A stretch of DNA of 57,269 nt, the filler included, from Globobulimina sp. (Eukaryota): assembly GCA_003354225.1 (NCBI GenBank). It is 5 parts of 5 records of this genome, joined end to end, with 100 filler letters (N's around TTAATTAATTAA, not from the genome) between each part and the next. Parts side by side here need not be neighbours in the genome. Positions count along the whole stretch, not along the records: positions 1 to 12,170 come from PIVH01000012.1; positions 12,271 to 23,901 come from PIVH01000014.1; 3 more parts are not named here. The stretch is one strand, 5' to 3'. The position numbers were made by a program, and so were the translations under genes. Shown one piece after another: positions 1 through 15,048 of this stretch; position 1 is the first letter of the stretch; the number at the start of each line of letters is the position of its first letter. A model generated the notes under the pieces. The model was not told the origin of the DNA and made no database searches. It saw only the letters and a list, made by a program, of their open reading frames with translations.

Positions 1-555
1 TTTTAATGATTTTTTTGCCTTTGAAAAATATGCCATGATTATTTGCATATTCCAACAATGATCTGATCAGTGTTTCAGTTATTAATTTTTTCTTGACAGC
101 CTGAGGCGTCTGTCGTTTTTTCTCACCGCCCGGTATTTTTCATTTTTTTGTTAACATTTTCTCTTAGCATGCACCTAGCGGTCTGTTCTCTTAGCATGTA
201 AAATAATTTGATTTTTAATTTTAATAATTTTAATACTCGGTATTAATTTACGGTCGGTTAACTCTAAACAATTTTGTGCTTAAACAAATGTCCACTCACA
301 ATTCCAAAACAAATTCCAATTCCATCCATATATTAACATAAAAATGAATTTATTGATATACAGCTGAGATATTTCACTGGCAATAGGGATCGACGCGAGT
401 AAAGCTTCAAGATTGAGGCTTAATAAGTAAAAAATTAATTGTGATGCAACAGCGTCTAATTTATTAATTGTGATGATAACATGCAAGGATATATATAATA
501 AAAAGAAAAAACAATAAAAACAATGCATGTACAATTACACAAATCGGATGAAAAT

Positions 556-3500
556 CTATAATTTTGTACTGTCACTGTTAGGCACATCGAAATTTATATG
601 GTCAATATCAATATCATTATCATTATCAAAATTATCATAATCCTCTGTGATGATAAATTCATCATCGACATCATTGACATCATTCTTAACCACCACATCC
701 TTAAACTTTACCTGGTTTTTTGTCTTTTTTGTATCTTTAATACAATCATCATCATCATCCTCATAAATTGTTGGTGTTGTCGGTCTGTTATTTTTCATAA
801 TCAAATCACTGACGGTGCTGCTATTACTGTTATTATTGTAAGCCATCGACGTGTACGAAATACTGTGAATTGTTTCCATTTTTTGTTTTTGCGCATTCTC
901 AATTTCTTGTAAAAATTCTTCTTTACTCACATCTACGTCTTTTTTCGTGTCATTTCGAACATTAATTTTGAGATTGCTAATATTTACTTTTGGTGCTGTA
1001 TTATTAAAATTGGCTTTCATTATTTTCTTATGTTTCCCACCAAGTGGTCCTCTCCGTTTTTTAGCACCAAATTTCCCACCTTTTCTGGCACCACTTTTAG
1101 GACCACCACCACTCAGCTTTTTCTTTCTAGATCTCACAGAATTGGCTCTCGCAGAATTGTGTGTTATATGTGGAGTGGATTTTGTTTTTTTAAATAATTG
1201 GTCCATATTATCAACACCAGCCACAATATCATCATAATGATCATATTGATGTGTATTACTTGTTTCTTTCTCTTCTTTCTCTTCTTCTTCTTCTTCAACA
1301 ACATTGATATCATAGTCACGCGGTACAACATCACCTGAATCATCACTGCTATCTTTACTCGACGAGATCCCGCCACTCGCATGGTCATAAAATGAGGGTT
1401 TATCATTTAATTTATTTTTGGCAATCCTGTTTGTATTCCCTCTCTTACGCGCTATATAAATAATAGTTTGTTATTTTTTTACCGTTGTTGTGGATTTAAC
1501 TGTATACACTATACATGGAATGGATCTATATCGTAACGGTAAAAAAAATAAACACCACACACAGACCGAAACACAGAATGACATACCAGCCCGATGTATA
1601 GCATCATCTCTATCCAATGAATTCCTTTTTATAAATATGCCAAATCTCGTTTTTTTTCGTGCTAATTTGGGTACCGGTGTACTTGGATTAGATTTCGATA
1701 TACCGATACCGATTGATGGCAACTGCTGTAATGATCTCGACCGCTGATTCTTATGTTTTAACGTACTCGCTGCAGATATTGCATACACAGTGTCCATTTT
1801 TCCATGCGTACTTTTTGCATGCGGAACTTTTCGAGGAGTATTAATACTAATTTCATTCACGTTAATTGATTTTATGCCATCTTTGGTGAAAGACCTGCTC
1901 TGTGTACTTATGATGGACGACTGATGCATAAATGCATGCAATGCATTCGTATGATTCGAATGATTCGGTTCTTGTAAATGTGGCGATGAAGGTTTCTCTT
2001 TTTGGTTTTTCAATTTATTATGAAAATTAAAGTCAATTTGACGAATATATTTTTTCTGTTTTTTCATTGCGTTTTTCAAATTTGTCTCCATGTTTCTCCA
2101 ACGTTTTCGCCACGTCGTTGGATATTCGGTTTGTAAAATATTCACTATGTCCTGCACACATAATACATAAAACTCACTAAACGTATGACATTTCACTGTA
2201 TGCTTCCGTTTTGGCGAAAAAATGGAGCGTTCACCAATAACATCGCCTCTTTTTAATAATTGTGTCGAACCGTCATGATAATCAATAATAGATTCGCCAG
2301 TTCTTTGTATATATATTTCTTTCGCACGGTCGGATCGTTGAAATAAACAATAATTTTCATTGCATGAAATGGATCTCATTTTGAGTGAGATCTGCCCCAA
2401 TATTTGTAAATTTTTCTTAAACGATTTGAAAAAATCTAATTGCATTAAAATAGTTTGTGCTAAGTATGAATGAATATCATTTTGCAAATAGGGCGGCAAG
2501 GATTGTATTAATTCATTCTCATCAAATACATAATTATAGCCACAATGATATCGGATATGGGTCAATATCGCGCGCGATAATTCTCGCGGCAATTTCTTTT
2601 GGTCGCAAAATGCTTGCGCTTCTTCTAATTTTTGTATTTCAACAGATTTTATTCGATCTCCGTCAGTGATGAGAGAGGTTAATGTACCAATAAAATATGC
2701 AAAAAAGCAGGTTCCCACTAATACGCAAATGGAAACTAACCATTGCTCTGCTTTATTGCCAGGCGTCGCGACAATGTCACCATAGCCTGTGGTGAACAAA
2801 GTAACTACGGCCCAATACCATGAATACGAATATTTTGTAAATGTAGAATAGGAATCTATGACTGAGATATCAGTGGTGTCAAACTGCACCGATACCCACG
2901 AACCTGTACTATTGTGAATGGTGCTGTATCCAACAAAAAACCACGTACAGGCAGCCAAATGCGCAAATAATACCATTAAGGCAAACACTTTAAAAAATTT
3001 TAATACAATCAATACTTCGCGGATCACAAACTGCGACATGAATCCGTCAAAATATTTGATCATTTTAAATAAGCGCAGTATCTTAATTATCCGCACAAAT
3101 CGAAACACACGAAAGATTTTAACCACTTTTATGATATTTGTAGTATTCGATGTAGATACCATAAATTCAAAGGGTATGGAAGTTAATAAATCCACAATAA
3201 ACCAGCCAAACAAATACTTTTTGGCAATTTCCCATTCATCGATAATTAACCTCAATCTATCCCATTTATCAAAATATGCAGTTCGAAATGTTATAAATAT
3301 GTCAATAAGTAATAATAGATCGATGGTGAAGGATATTATGCCACTAAAATGGTGCATATCTAATACTACATTGAAAGCGAGCGAGACAGGAATTTCTATA
3401 CATGTGTATATGAGGGCTATGCAGATTGTTGCATTCCAAAAACATCGAAATGGTCCAAATGGATGTAATATTGGTATATAATAAGATATAGACGCTCTCC

Positions 3501-3732
3501 ATTTATTATGTGCATTGTTAGTATTATCATTACTGCCATCATTATCTTTTGATAATGAAGTTTTGCTATCATTTGCATTGTCATTTTTTGTACCATGTCC
3601 CTTCCGGACTAGTGTTGATTTAGTGTATGAACCATATTGATGATGTTGTGTACCCTCTTCTAAATCATCTAAATTTAATGTTGTTGTAGTCATATTTTGA
3701 AATTCAATGTTTATTTTATGTGACTTCGCCAT
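556..3732 (-). CDS. Cyclic-nucleotide-binding-domain (HCN/EAG-like) cation channel, multi-exon
   Basis: ORF 1471-3732: S4 'IFRVFRFVRIIKILRLFKM', pore 'YWAVVTLFTTGYGD', C-linker and CNBD ('LLKRGDVIGE'). Donor GTATGT at 1586; the frame of ORF 556-1224 stays open to about 1450 after a TATAG acceptor, so it is probably the last exon. Exact joins uncertain. Confidence 0.85.
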
Positions 3733-4351
3733 TCAAAAAAGTAGTGAGTTTTTTTAACTGTTTGTGCTACGTAAATAACAAGATTTATTGAAAACGTTTT
3801 ATGATAATTTAGGATAAATTTGATTTCTTCATTATTATATATAAAAAAAGAAAACAAATACAAACAAAAACAAAAAAAAAGATACATTGAAATACAAAAT
3901 AATAAAAATCATTCTTTGTTTTTTTTTTCTGGCTTTTATTTTTGGTTTGTCAACATTTCTTCATCCCTTTTTTGGAGTTTTTGTCATTTCAACAACCAAC
4001 AATTAATAATTTCTCTTTGTTTTTGTTTCTTTTTTAATTTGAACAAAAACAAGAAAAGCAAAATACAAACATGCATAAAACAAACAAATGGTATGGTATG
4101 GCGATAGGAAAAAGAAAATAATAAAAAAGGAAAAACATTTAAAAATGATTTAACTTTCCCATTTAAAAAGTGTTTCCAGTAAAAATATAAAAAAATATAC
4201 ATTTTTAATGAAAAAAGGAGGGTTTTATTTGTGGCAAAAGAGTGATTTATTAATTCAAAAAAACATAACAACAACAAAAATATTGCTCTTTTGCACATCA
4301 TCAATATTTGTAATTGTTGCTACAAATTTATTTATTTATTTATTTATTTAT

Positions 4352-7300
4352 TTAATATAATTGAGATAATCTAAGACCAGAAGCAATGGTATTTTTGTTT
4401 TGATTGTTATGGTCATTATCATTATCGTTTGAGTTATGAACATCAAATAAATCATTTGTATGTATATTATGAATATCATTATCGTTAATAATCGAATTTA
4501 AACTTTTCTGAATACCAATTTCTAAACTATTTTGAGGCTCTAATTCCTTTGGTAAGTTAATATTGTTTTTATTGTTTTTATTATTTTTATTCGATCTTTG
4601 CGGTGATACATTATATCCCAATGTTTTCAAATCAATACCAAATCCATTTGGTGATAAGATTTGTGACGGTGATTGCTTTGGGGATGGTGTTGATGAATAA
4701 TTTATTGGATATGGCTTCGTGATACGATTATAAGGATTGTTATCTATACGTGGTTTATTTGTGGGTGAAGACAATATGCCATCGGGTACGTGATACATTA
4801 ATGTATTGCTATTATTATCATTATCTCCATCTTGGTCTTCCTCTGCAGATGGCGAACATGACGGTGATGGCGATAATATTGATGGCTTTATTGCTTTTAC
4901 CATATTTAATAAAAATGCGTCATTCTCGTACGTATCATATAAACTTGAAAATGTATGTTTTTTATTTGCATTTTTGCGTAACTCACCTTTTGAATTATAT
5001 TTATGTTTTAATTGTTTAGGTACGAATGGCGCCGCTTTGGTGCTTAATGTCGATTTGACATTATCCTTTTCAACATTCTCTGATGTTTCTCTTTCATAAT
5101 TTGTCCATATTTTATTTGTATCAATGTGGAAATCATCGTTATCTTTGAATATTGAGTTATAATCAGATTTTTTATGCACCTTTTTTTTTCTATTTGTTCT
5201 GCGAATTCGATGTCTTTTCTTGTTATCATTGAATATTAACGGTATCACTAATTCTGCCTCGTTGTTAACAGAGGTAACCATCACTGCTTTGCCTTTGTTA
5301 TTATTTGCATATTTTGGTGATACCGATTTTGAATGTTTAGTGACCACTGGTTGGGTGTTAATAATTTTTACAGCTTGTAATTGTTTGGATGTTGCTGTGG
5401 TTGCTGCAGCTTTTGAGAATGGTGGTTTTGTGCTTCTGTTATTATTATATATGGTAATGCCAGGGGGCAACATTGGGTTATTATTAATTGTATTTGTTAA
5501 TCGAAGTGATGACAATGAAGTATTTGATGTGGTGGTCGATTGTGATGAGAGCGTATTTATTGTATCTGGTGAGTCGTTATGATTATATTCCTTTTTTCTA
5601 TTTGTTTTTGAACGCTTTTCAATCAATACAGGATCGCTCAAATTCCTAGGTCGGGTTTTTGCTGTTTTTCTGCTTTTTGTTGTTTTTGGTGGTGAAATAT
5701 GCATTGCTTTCATCATATTCATGTTTGTGCTTTGCTTTGCTTGCGTTGCTTGTTTGTGCTTGCTTGGTTTTGTTTGCGTGGCTAATAACTTATCGATAGC
5801 TGTTCTAATTTCTGGTGATTGTGATGTTGAGCCATTTGGATGGTGTGGTCTTGGTGGTTTCCGTGGTTTATGTCCGTTGATATTTCTTTTTGTACTTATT
5901 CCATTGTTGTTATTGTTGTGTGCCATTCCTTTTGCTCTCGACGCGTATGATATATTATTTTTATTTATTTTTTGAGTGGTTATGGTTGTTGACATCAAAA
6001 CTGTTCTTGTTTTTGTTTTTGATGAATGTGTTGGTGATGATTTATGCGATGCTTTGTATGGTTTCTTCTTTGTTACGCTCGGTGGTGTTATTACTACTTT
6101 TCGTTTATGTTTAGTATGTTCTTTCTCTTTCTCTCTAATACTCATTGTTTCCTTTTCTTTATTTGCTTTTTCTTTTACTTTTTCCTTATAATTATTTTGA
6201 ATTTCAATTGCAACACTTAATGAAGCGTCAGATTCTGAGCTATCTTCATTACATTCTCTACGTTCTTCTATTTCTTTAGTTTGTTTTGTTTGTTTTCTTC
6301 CATGTGCATTGTCAACGATTTTATCATTTTTCTCAGTTTTTGGTGAATTGTTTAGTGGCGGTTCATCTTCTCGCGGTTGTTGTTGTTGTTGTTCTTTTTT
6401 TGTTGTTTTACTTTTATTTTTCGGACACTGTGGTTTAACTGAAGGTGAATTAGAATTTTTTTTTCGTCGATTATTTTTTCGATTATTATTGATGTTAAGA
6501 TTTGGATTTATTTTATTATGATTTTCATCCATTGCATGTCCTTCATTTGTATTTGAATTTGTTTTTGTTTTCTTTTGTGAAATAATATTAAATTCAAAGA
6601 CAATATTTCGTGAAAATGTAATCAATCGTCTTTTAATATCATTATTCCAAATATTTAAACATTTTCTTTTAAATTTTCTGAATTTTTTAGTTTTTGGTAA
6701 AGTAGAAATAATAAAACCACATAGGATTACAATTATTGTCCATAATAAAATAGAAATAGCCACAACTAAATGATAAATTGGCCTAAAAATATTTAATTTT
6801 GCTGTTATAAATCCTTTAATCTTAATATAACATTGTTTAATTATAAAATTTTTAACTTTATCTGAAATTGGAATATGAAAACAATTTTGAAGGATTTTAT
6901 AAATTATATTTATTACAATCAACGTTATAAATGTTACAAATAATCGAAATGTATGTGAAATTATAAATTTTTTACCTTCTTCCAATGGCTTCAATGCAGA
7001 AATTGAATTAAATAAATTTATATCAATATTAACCTTTGTATTTGTTTTAAAATATAATTTATTACTTTTTTTAACGGAATTGTTTACTATCTCCATATGA
7101 CATGTTTTTATATATAAATTATTATAAATTGGTGGCGATTGAGACAAATCGTAATTAAATATTAATACAAAATCTTTAGATTCTTTGGGTTGTAATTGTA
7201 ACGGAAACATTTCACATCCAATCACACCAAAACCAACATTTTTATTCGACCATAAATTATAAATATTATTATCGTTCCCATCATCATTATATTGGACATA

Positions 7301-10300
7301 ATCCATTCCACTTTGTTGCAAATAATAATTCATTCCATATTCGCTCTCATTATAAAAATTATTATTATCATTATCATTGTTTTTAGTGTACATATATTCA
7401 TCCAATACAGTTTTGTCACAAATTATAAATCGTAGTAATTTCGTGACCAAATCAAACCAAAATGATAATGAATATATGTCATATTTTATATTTTCTTGAT
7501 TTGTTTTCTGTTTATTTAAATTTACTTTTTCTTTTTGGTGTTTTTCTGTATTAAACATATTCAAATCATAAATGCAGGCACTTTGTCGTGTAAATAATGT
7601 GTCATTTTCTAATAAATTCTCATTTGATAGATCAGATTCAATGAATGCCATTCCCTCCAATGTAATTGCAACATTTCCAAAGTTTGTTGCACGAAATTTC
7701 TTTTCGAGCATTAGATAATGTCCAGAATTAATTTTATCCATAAACAAATCGCGATGATTAGTGTCAACAAAATCGTATAAATTTGTTCTTGTTTGTACTA
7801 AGCCATAGTCCTTTGGATTAAATGTAATGTCTATCACATCTTCAACAATCTTATCTGTATCGATATCGATATCAATATCAATATCATTGTCAGAAGCAAC
7901 AAACCATAGCCTATAAATATCCAAAATATTAATGTACTGCGCAACAAATTGCCACAAATTAAAGGAAGGCGCCGGTGTATTATCACTATTATGCATATGA
8001 TAAATATAACCACCATTTTCATCTTTTATTCTGCGCTGAGTCGGTGTTGTTGCATGTTGCTTTTGTTGGTTATCATTTGTATTCAATAATTCATTAACCA
8101 TAAATTTATAATTCGCCTGGACAGGTTTTGGTACATATGCTCTGCCGATGATATTTAATGGATATATTATATCATTTATCAATGTCATCGCATCCGCATC
8201 AATATACACATCATCTTCCTCATCGTCGTCGTCCTCCTCATTGTCAGCATCAATTTTAAGCATTCCTTGTTGTCCAATGCCAGACACATTAAATGACTCA
8301 ATAGTGGTTATATTATTTCTTAGATATAACATTTGATGATAATATCTTGATTTTTTTGGTCGAAACAGAATCGGTCCTAAAATCCCCGTACTGTATGGTT
8401 TTAAAATTATTATATGATTGGCTCTAAATTTCTTATTAGTGGACGGGAAAAATATTGCCTCGTTTTGATTGATAGGCAGAATTAATGAAATTTGTACGGT
8501 TTCATTAAATAAGTTTTGTACTGAAATATTAAACATTTTTGAAGAGCCAACCATAACATTTCCAAAATTTATTGCTTTTTCATTGATCATAAATGACGGC
8601 ATAATCAATTCACCATAAACAATAAATGGTATTTTACCAAAGTTTTTGGAATAAAAATGTCCCACAGCTTGTACTTTGGTATTATTTTCAGACACAATTT
8701 TATCCCATAAAAATTTGCGATATTCATCGATAAATAGCTCCCGTAAATTAACACCTTTTGCATTGACATCAATCTCATGCATTTTGTGTACATTATCCAT
8801 TGCAGATTTAGCCCCAAACGTCAATAGTTTGAATGCTTTATATTTCGTCACTAAATTTTCCGGCACGTCCAATATCTCAAAATGTGAAAATAAATGAGTT
8901 TCACTGGAATTTATATAGATATAATTGCCATATTTGGTGTGTATGGTGTTTGGATTAAAGTATATTTTGGCCACAGGTTGGTTTGTTTTAGCGGGGATTG
9001 TAATTAATCCGCTTAAATGTTTAGGTTTGTTATGAATATTTTGATTTTGCGCAAATATTATCTCAAACATGCTATGCGTTAAATAGGTTTGCTTTGGTTC
9101 TAATCCAATATCTAAATCATAATAATTGTACATTGTAATGCTTTGTGATCGAATGGCTTTGCCAGGAAAGGAATGATCGAACCATATTGGTAATGGCTTA
9201 ACATTTAATGAACCAAAATGTACTTCGAATACGACCTTAACTCGCAATAAATAGGAAGAGATCGCAGTGGATATCCAATTGTCATTAAATTTCATCATAA
9301 ACCTGCCAGCGTTTAGATGCTCCGAATTATTTGCTGTCACATTCAAAAATGTATAAAAGACGTATTTTTTCTTTTTTCTCTTGGGATTGAATTTTGAGAG
9401 TATTTCTGGAGCAATGCCAATGGCTAAATACGCATATTCATATTTATTGATCACATCCACGGATTTTACAGTCATATCTGATCGCCGTTGGTACAGAAAA
9501 AAACTGATTAAATCATACGTATCCACGTCAAACAAGGCATCGTACGAATCTTTGAATATTTTATCTGTGGATATTAACTTATTGTATTGGTTTATCACTG
9601 GAATAAGTGTCAAATGAACGGGATTATCATTCCTTAGCTCCAATGTATTGATAATTTTGCCATTCACAGGAATTGCACCAAAATCAATCACAATTTGCAC
9701 TGGTCCTGGTTGTAAAACGTTGTTTTTTTTTGCCGCTAATAAATTGCTGATATTTTTATTTTTATAAATTTGGGATAATGACACTGATGGATTGAACCAA
9801 TTCGCTTTTTGATTGATCTCAATCCTTTTGCCCATATCATTGGTCATATTTGCATGGTAAAGATGTAATTGTCCATTGTACACTGTTATGGGTATTTGGA
9901 ATGATGTGATATTTGTGTTTAATATCAATTGAGTTTCATACATTGATCTATTTGATTTTGGATAATATTTTAATTTGCAAATTGTGCCATTTTCACCATC
10001 TAAAATGCGTTTACCTTTATAAAATTCAACAATCTCAAAATCAATCTGTCCGTAATTATTTATAATGGTCCCGTTCTTAACGCAGTTAAATACGCACAAT
10101 GACTCCAATTGGAGAGGGATTAAGAAATTATTTTGCATTCTCATCTCGCGAATCATCGGCACATATTTTATGTGCCTTGAACTGTTCCAATATGGTTTTG
10201 GATAAAACAGTGATTGCTGGAAGGAATAATTTAAATTTCCCAATAATATCCATCCATTTATGTAGCTATTCAATTTATTTTTATATTTATGTTTTTGTTT

Positions 10301-11814
10301 AGTATTTAACATTTTGAGATGTTCGTTATTGTCAATAAAATCATTCCTTATCTTATTTATAACTACTTCCTCCATGTTGTCATTTAATAATATAGAGCCA
10401 AGACGCGAAATATTCTCATTTTCATCTTCCATGCTTAGACTCTGTGCGCAGGCTTCTTCCCCATTGCATTGATTATTATTATTATTGTGATTAAGTTTAT
10501 TTTCCTCATATCGAATGGTCATATCATCAAACGATGGCAACGATGGTTCGTACATTGTGATCTGTAGACTACCATTGATTTTATGGTTGGTTTTAATTGG
10601 TTTATTATTCTTATTCTTATTGGGTATGGCCCGAAGTATCACAGCGCCTAAATCTACCATCATATTTGGCAAAATTAAGTAGGATTTATTGAAATTACGA
10701 TGGATTTTGATGTATTTCTCGTCAGCGACATTGTCCAATACCAACGTTAAATGCGTTATGATCAATGAATGTGAGGTTGGATTGCGAAATTTTATTTTTT
10801 TGCTCACGCTCATATTTGGACGAGTTAGAATATGAAAATCAATATTTGGCCAAAAGTATTTATCCCCCTCTTTTTTCTTCTTTTTCTTCTTTTTTTTGCC
10901 TTTATTATGGTCAACAATGGAGACTGTTTTATTCTTTTTACAAATACCAAACCGAATGGGAACAGATAATGTGTCATAATTTGTATTCACAATCAGGTTT
11001 GAAACCATTTGTATTTCCTCATTCATCACGCATTTATTGTTATGTTCATAGTCATAGTCATTGTCATTGTCATTGTCATATTCGTATGGTTTGATGTCGT
11101 TTATTTCATTTACGTCTTTGTGTTTGGGTGACGGTGATGGTGAGGACACGTATGATATTGAACTTATTATTGTTGATTCCTGATTTGCTTCAATTTCCAT
11201 CATTTTCTGGTTATGTTGTGGTATTAATCGTAATTATGCGCTTTTGCGTAGAATGAGAGAGGGATAAAGTCATAAAACAGTACCTGTGACAACAATAATC
11301 CATCAATTTGTGGGTGAATATTAATGTTTGTAATGATAAGTGTATCATTGAACGGATTGGTGATCTGTAATGAATTTGTGGTGCTGTTGAACGGGGATAA
11401 TTGCAATGGCTGAATGTTATATTTATTATGTATGCCAACGCCATATAAATATAAATATAATACACCGTTATCAGTATGAACAGATAAATGGGACCAAAAC
11501 CTGCCACTGATAATGGGTGTAAATGTCACAGATAGATTCATGTGAGAGAATGAATGTAAATGATAGTTATTTAATGATGGATTAATGACAAATTGTGAAT
11601 CGTTAATATGATTTTTACCAATTAAGATTGAATTATTTGTTGGATTTATTAACGAAACATTTAATGATTCACCACAAAATAATGACACATTACCAAATGA
11701 CAATGTTGATGAACATGAATTAAAATAAAAATGATCCAATTCGCCATGAATTAAAATGAATAAAAATGTATAAATAATCAGAAACATATTCTTATTCTGA
11801 AGCGCAGATTCCAT
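4352..11814 (-). CDS. TMEM131-like large type I membrane protein, 2 exons
   Basis: Exon 1 has a signal peptide and 'VTFTP...LSVHTDNG...GVGIHNKYNIQP'. Phase-0 intron 11283-11207 (CAG|GT..CAG|AAA). Exon 2 has 'LYLRNNIT', 'FRATNFGN', 'LQPKESKDFVLIF', TM segments and a long low-complexity tail. Confidence 0.75.
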
Positions 11815-11867
11815 GGTTTAACTTCACTAAAAAGTTTCAGTAAAAAACTCAATTTAATGATCGTTTA

Positions 11868-12170
11868 ATGGGTTGTCTTATTGAGTCAGAAACGGCAAGC
11901 GCTGGCGATAGAGTTGCGAGTTGCACCAAATCTCCAAAATCCACAAACGTCGGTATAAAAAGCGAAAATGAAGAGCTTATCCCAGCAGTTAGCATTACTT
12001 CAACAACACCAAGTCAACTGAGACAAGCATCTGAACTGAAATCACAAGTCACAGACTCAATGGAAATGGAAATGAAAATGAGTCAAATACGTCAATTAAA
12101 AGTAAAACTGAACCCAAATTTACCAGATTTACCGATTCAAATTCAATATTCAAAAAGCGAATATATAACA
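11868..12170 (+). CDS. Hypothetical protein with N-terminal MGC (possible dual acylation), truncated by contig end
   Basis: ORF starts MGCLIES, 53 bp from the divergent TMEM131-like start, and runs into the linker. Confidence 0.45.
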
Positions 12171-12270
12171 NNNNNNNNNNNNNNNNNNNNNNNNNNNNNN
12201 NNNNNNNNNNNNNNTTAATTAATTAANNNNNNNNNNNNNNNNNNNNNNNNNNNNNNNNNNNNNNNNNNNN
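12171..12270. other. Artificial contig linker
   Basis: N44-TTAATTAATTAA-N44, stops in all six frames. Confidence 0.97.
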
Positions 12271-13361
12271 GAATGTCTTTTTTTTAATGATTCATCACTT
12301 TCTGAATTGGATTGTTTTCGATATGTTTGGGTTAATAATGCTGCCAAACGATAAAAATTTGTGTATAATAATAAACATAAAATATTATTAAATGCAATTA
12401 TTCGCTTTGAATCATATCCATATACTTTATGCCATACATAATTAGCTTTATTTATATGCTTTTTATATTTATTCCATTTCAATTCGGCTTTAATACTCGT
12501 ATTTATCCATTGTCCCATCGAGAATTCAAACATATCATTTGTTAATATTTCAATTTTTAAATTTGCATATTTTGGAATGATAAACCAATCCGATATTTTA
12601 TAGTCGCCGAAATCAAAGTTTCCATTTTCCATATTTTCTGTTCCTGGTATTATCTCGTGATATTTATGTATATTTTGATATCTTTTGTGATAAAAATAGC
12701 GAATTCCCTGCGAATAGGTAGCATATTCATTATTATTTTGTTTACATTCAGTATTATTATTAAAATGAGTAACAAATTTATTGTGATTCTTTAATAGTTT
12801 ATGCATTTTACGTCGCTTATTTTTAATATTTTTAATATTTGCATGAGTTCTTAAACCAGAATGAATTAAATGAAATAAAATATTATGAATAATATCTAAA
12901 TATTGTAAAATAACAATTTGTTTTTCATCTTTAATGCCATCATACAATGATATTCTTTCCTGATTATATTTACTTAAATCGCCAGTATTTCGATAATTTC
13001 GTGCAAAAAATAAACAATTATCTGCATTACATTTATTATAATTATTTAAATATTTCTTATGGCTATCGATGTTATTAATAATATAATCATAATCATTTAG
13101 AAATGCATCAATATTTTCTGATTTATAATATTTGCAAATTAAAACATAAATGTTTGATTTATTCTCATTATTCTTCCAACCATTATAAATTGCAAATATT
13201 TCCTCCATTCTTTCATACACATTTGTTTTTTCTTCTTCTTTTTCAATAAATTCAATACATTTCTCCATATTTCCACCAAATTTAATAAAATGCTTATATG
13301 ATATCACATAACCAGTCGATAAAAAAAATTCGTATTCTTTCTTTTTATTACCCATTTTCAC
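12271..13361 (-). CDS. Hypothetical protein, probably the N-terminal part of an ART-like family member; 3' truncated
   Basis: Long ORF running into the gap, ending 'LLLYTNFYRL..TYRK'. Family link is inference. Confidence 0.5.
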
Positions 13362-13470
13362 GCAAAAACTGAAACTTTATGGATGATTTTTCAGAAGTTT
13401 TCTGACAAACTACAAAAACCATGCGTGATGTATGATTATTTCCAGTCTCGTCACATCAATTCATCCCAAT

Positions 13471-13780
13471 AATGTGAGGCGATTTGGCACTGCCGGAAAA
13501 GATGGAAATATACACACTTTTTATCATGGCACTGGGCAGAAACTAGCGTTTCCAAAATATGTGGATCGTTATGAAAACAAAGGAGGGATTCATCCAAAGC
13601 GGTAGCAATTAACTTTACAAACTCTAACAATGGACTGATTTTCGAATTTTCTTCCGGTGGTAAACAAGGATATACAAAATATTTTTGTATGAACTGGTTA
13701 TCTGATTATCCGGCTGAGAGTGAATGTTTCTTCATTCAATGTGAAGGATGGAGTGGAATAGGGCTTTCCGATAAGTACTG
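13471..13780 (+). pseudogene. Frameshifted ADP-ribosyltransferase-like fragment
   Basis: Manual translation: 'RRFGT...TFYHGTGQKLAFP' then a frame change near 13590 to 'SKAVAINF..NGLIFEF...WLSDYPAESECFF' (ExE). The S-T-S/T segment is missing. Confidence 0.55.
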
Positions 13781-14175
13781 ATTTTTTCAAAAACTTATCA
13801 AACGTTTCTCAAAAATGCAATCTGTTCGATAAGTATTTTCATTTTTTTTATATTACAAAATCTTAACAACACACACAAGAATGAGTAAGATGACTTATAT
13901 AAACAGATAGTACAAAAAACAAATAAACATTCACAAAAAATACCACATATATCCTTGCACAAAAAAAAAACAATAAAAAAATAAAAAAACGAAAAGTAAA
14001 GTCAATCTTGGTTGTTCTGAATAATTTCATTTTGATTCATCCTTTGTTGGCGCAATTAAATTATTATCCTCCTTATTATCATTCGTATCATCTATAATTT
14101 CCACAACTCCTTTTTGGTTTTATTTTTTTTTATTTATATCTAAGGAAGGCCCCCAATCATCGTGTAATATGTCCT

Positions 14176-14670
14176 TTAAAATTCCTGCAATATTCTATCC
14201 ACAGTGTCTTTGACAGCAATCATGTTTTCATTGACTTTTATCTGTGATTTGGTGTTCAAAAACGCATGAAATGAACGTATAAATTCCATGAAATTTAACG
14301 ATGCGTTCAATATAAATGAGTTATATCTATGTCGTTGGATTAATGTAAAACATTTGTTCCAATGTGTTTGCAAATTGTTTAAAATGTGGGGAGTGCAATG
14401 TCGTGCATTATATTGCATTAAATACGCCATCAATAACTGGATTAGTACATTATGCAATTTATTTAAAAATATAAATCTATAATCTTCAATGTGTTGCTTT
14501 TTTCGGTCTCTCGCAATGATAAAATCCACTTCGTTGCAATTATTAATCAACACAATTTTTTTATGTTTGCTTGCCATATATTTATCATTGAAATGGTCCA
14601 ATGTCGCAGTAATGGCCTGTTCTAAATTAATAACACTGCCATTATGCGGATAGGGCACACATTGACACAT
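14176..14670 (-). pseudogene. Possible vWA-like gene fragment
   Basis: 'INLEQAITATLDHF...KKIVLINN' resembles a vWA helix-strand; the rest is uninformative. Confidence 0.25.
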
Positions 14671-14949
14671 CCGTACGTATTAACTGTGCATATTCATAAA
14701 TGCTACGCTGCTGATTGCGTTTTCAAGGAAAAAGTATAATAAACTCTGCCGAAATAACTAAACATATTATAATTAGACAGATAATATCCATTAAAATAAC
14801 AACATAATATAATATCGATTTATTTGTTACCGTAGATTCCATTTTAAAGATCTAATGAGATTTCTATTTATAATTTATAATGGTTCTCCATAATTTTAAC
14901 AACAAAAATATAAACAAACCTGGATTTAATAATGCGCCATGCCGCCAAT

Positions 14950-15018
14950 ATCCCACGCCAGGATTTGAACCTGGATTCCCTGCGTAAAACAGTGCTCTAC
15001 CAATTGAGCTACGTGAGA
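14950..15018 (-). tRNA. tRNA-like gene or pseudogene with shortened anticodon arm
   Basis: Acceptor TCTCACG/CGTGGGA, D arm GCTC-AATTGGTA-GAGC, T arm CCAGG-TTCAAAT-CCTGG; anticodon arm only 13 nt (CTGTTTTACGCAG). Confidence 0.75.
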
Positions 15019-15048
15019 TTTGACAACAAAATGAATATGTTTTGTAGG

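Noticed and set aside
3820-4304. ORFs 3820-4107 and 3984-4304
   Set aside because: Homopolymer-rich intergenic or UTR sequence with no protein-like signal.
14980-14992. Ochre suppressor tRNA or alternative genetic code
   Set aside because: Stem too short, position 37 is a pyrimidine, and TAA is used as a normal stop in recognisable genes here.
14932-15048. N-terminal part of the 276-aa ORF
   Set aside because: It is the antisense of the tRNA-like gene and precedes a splice acceptor.
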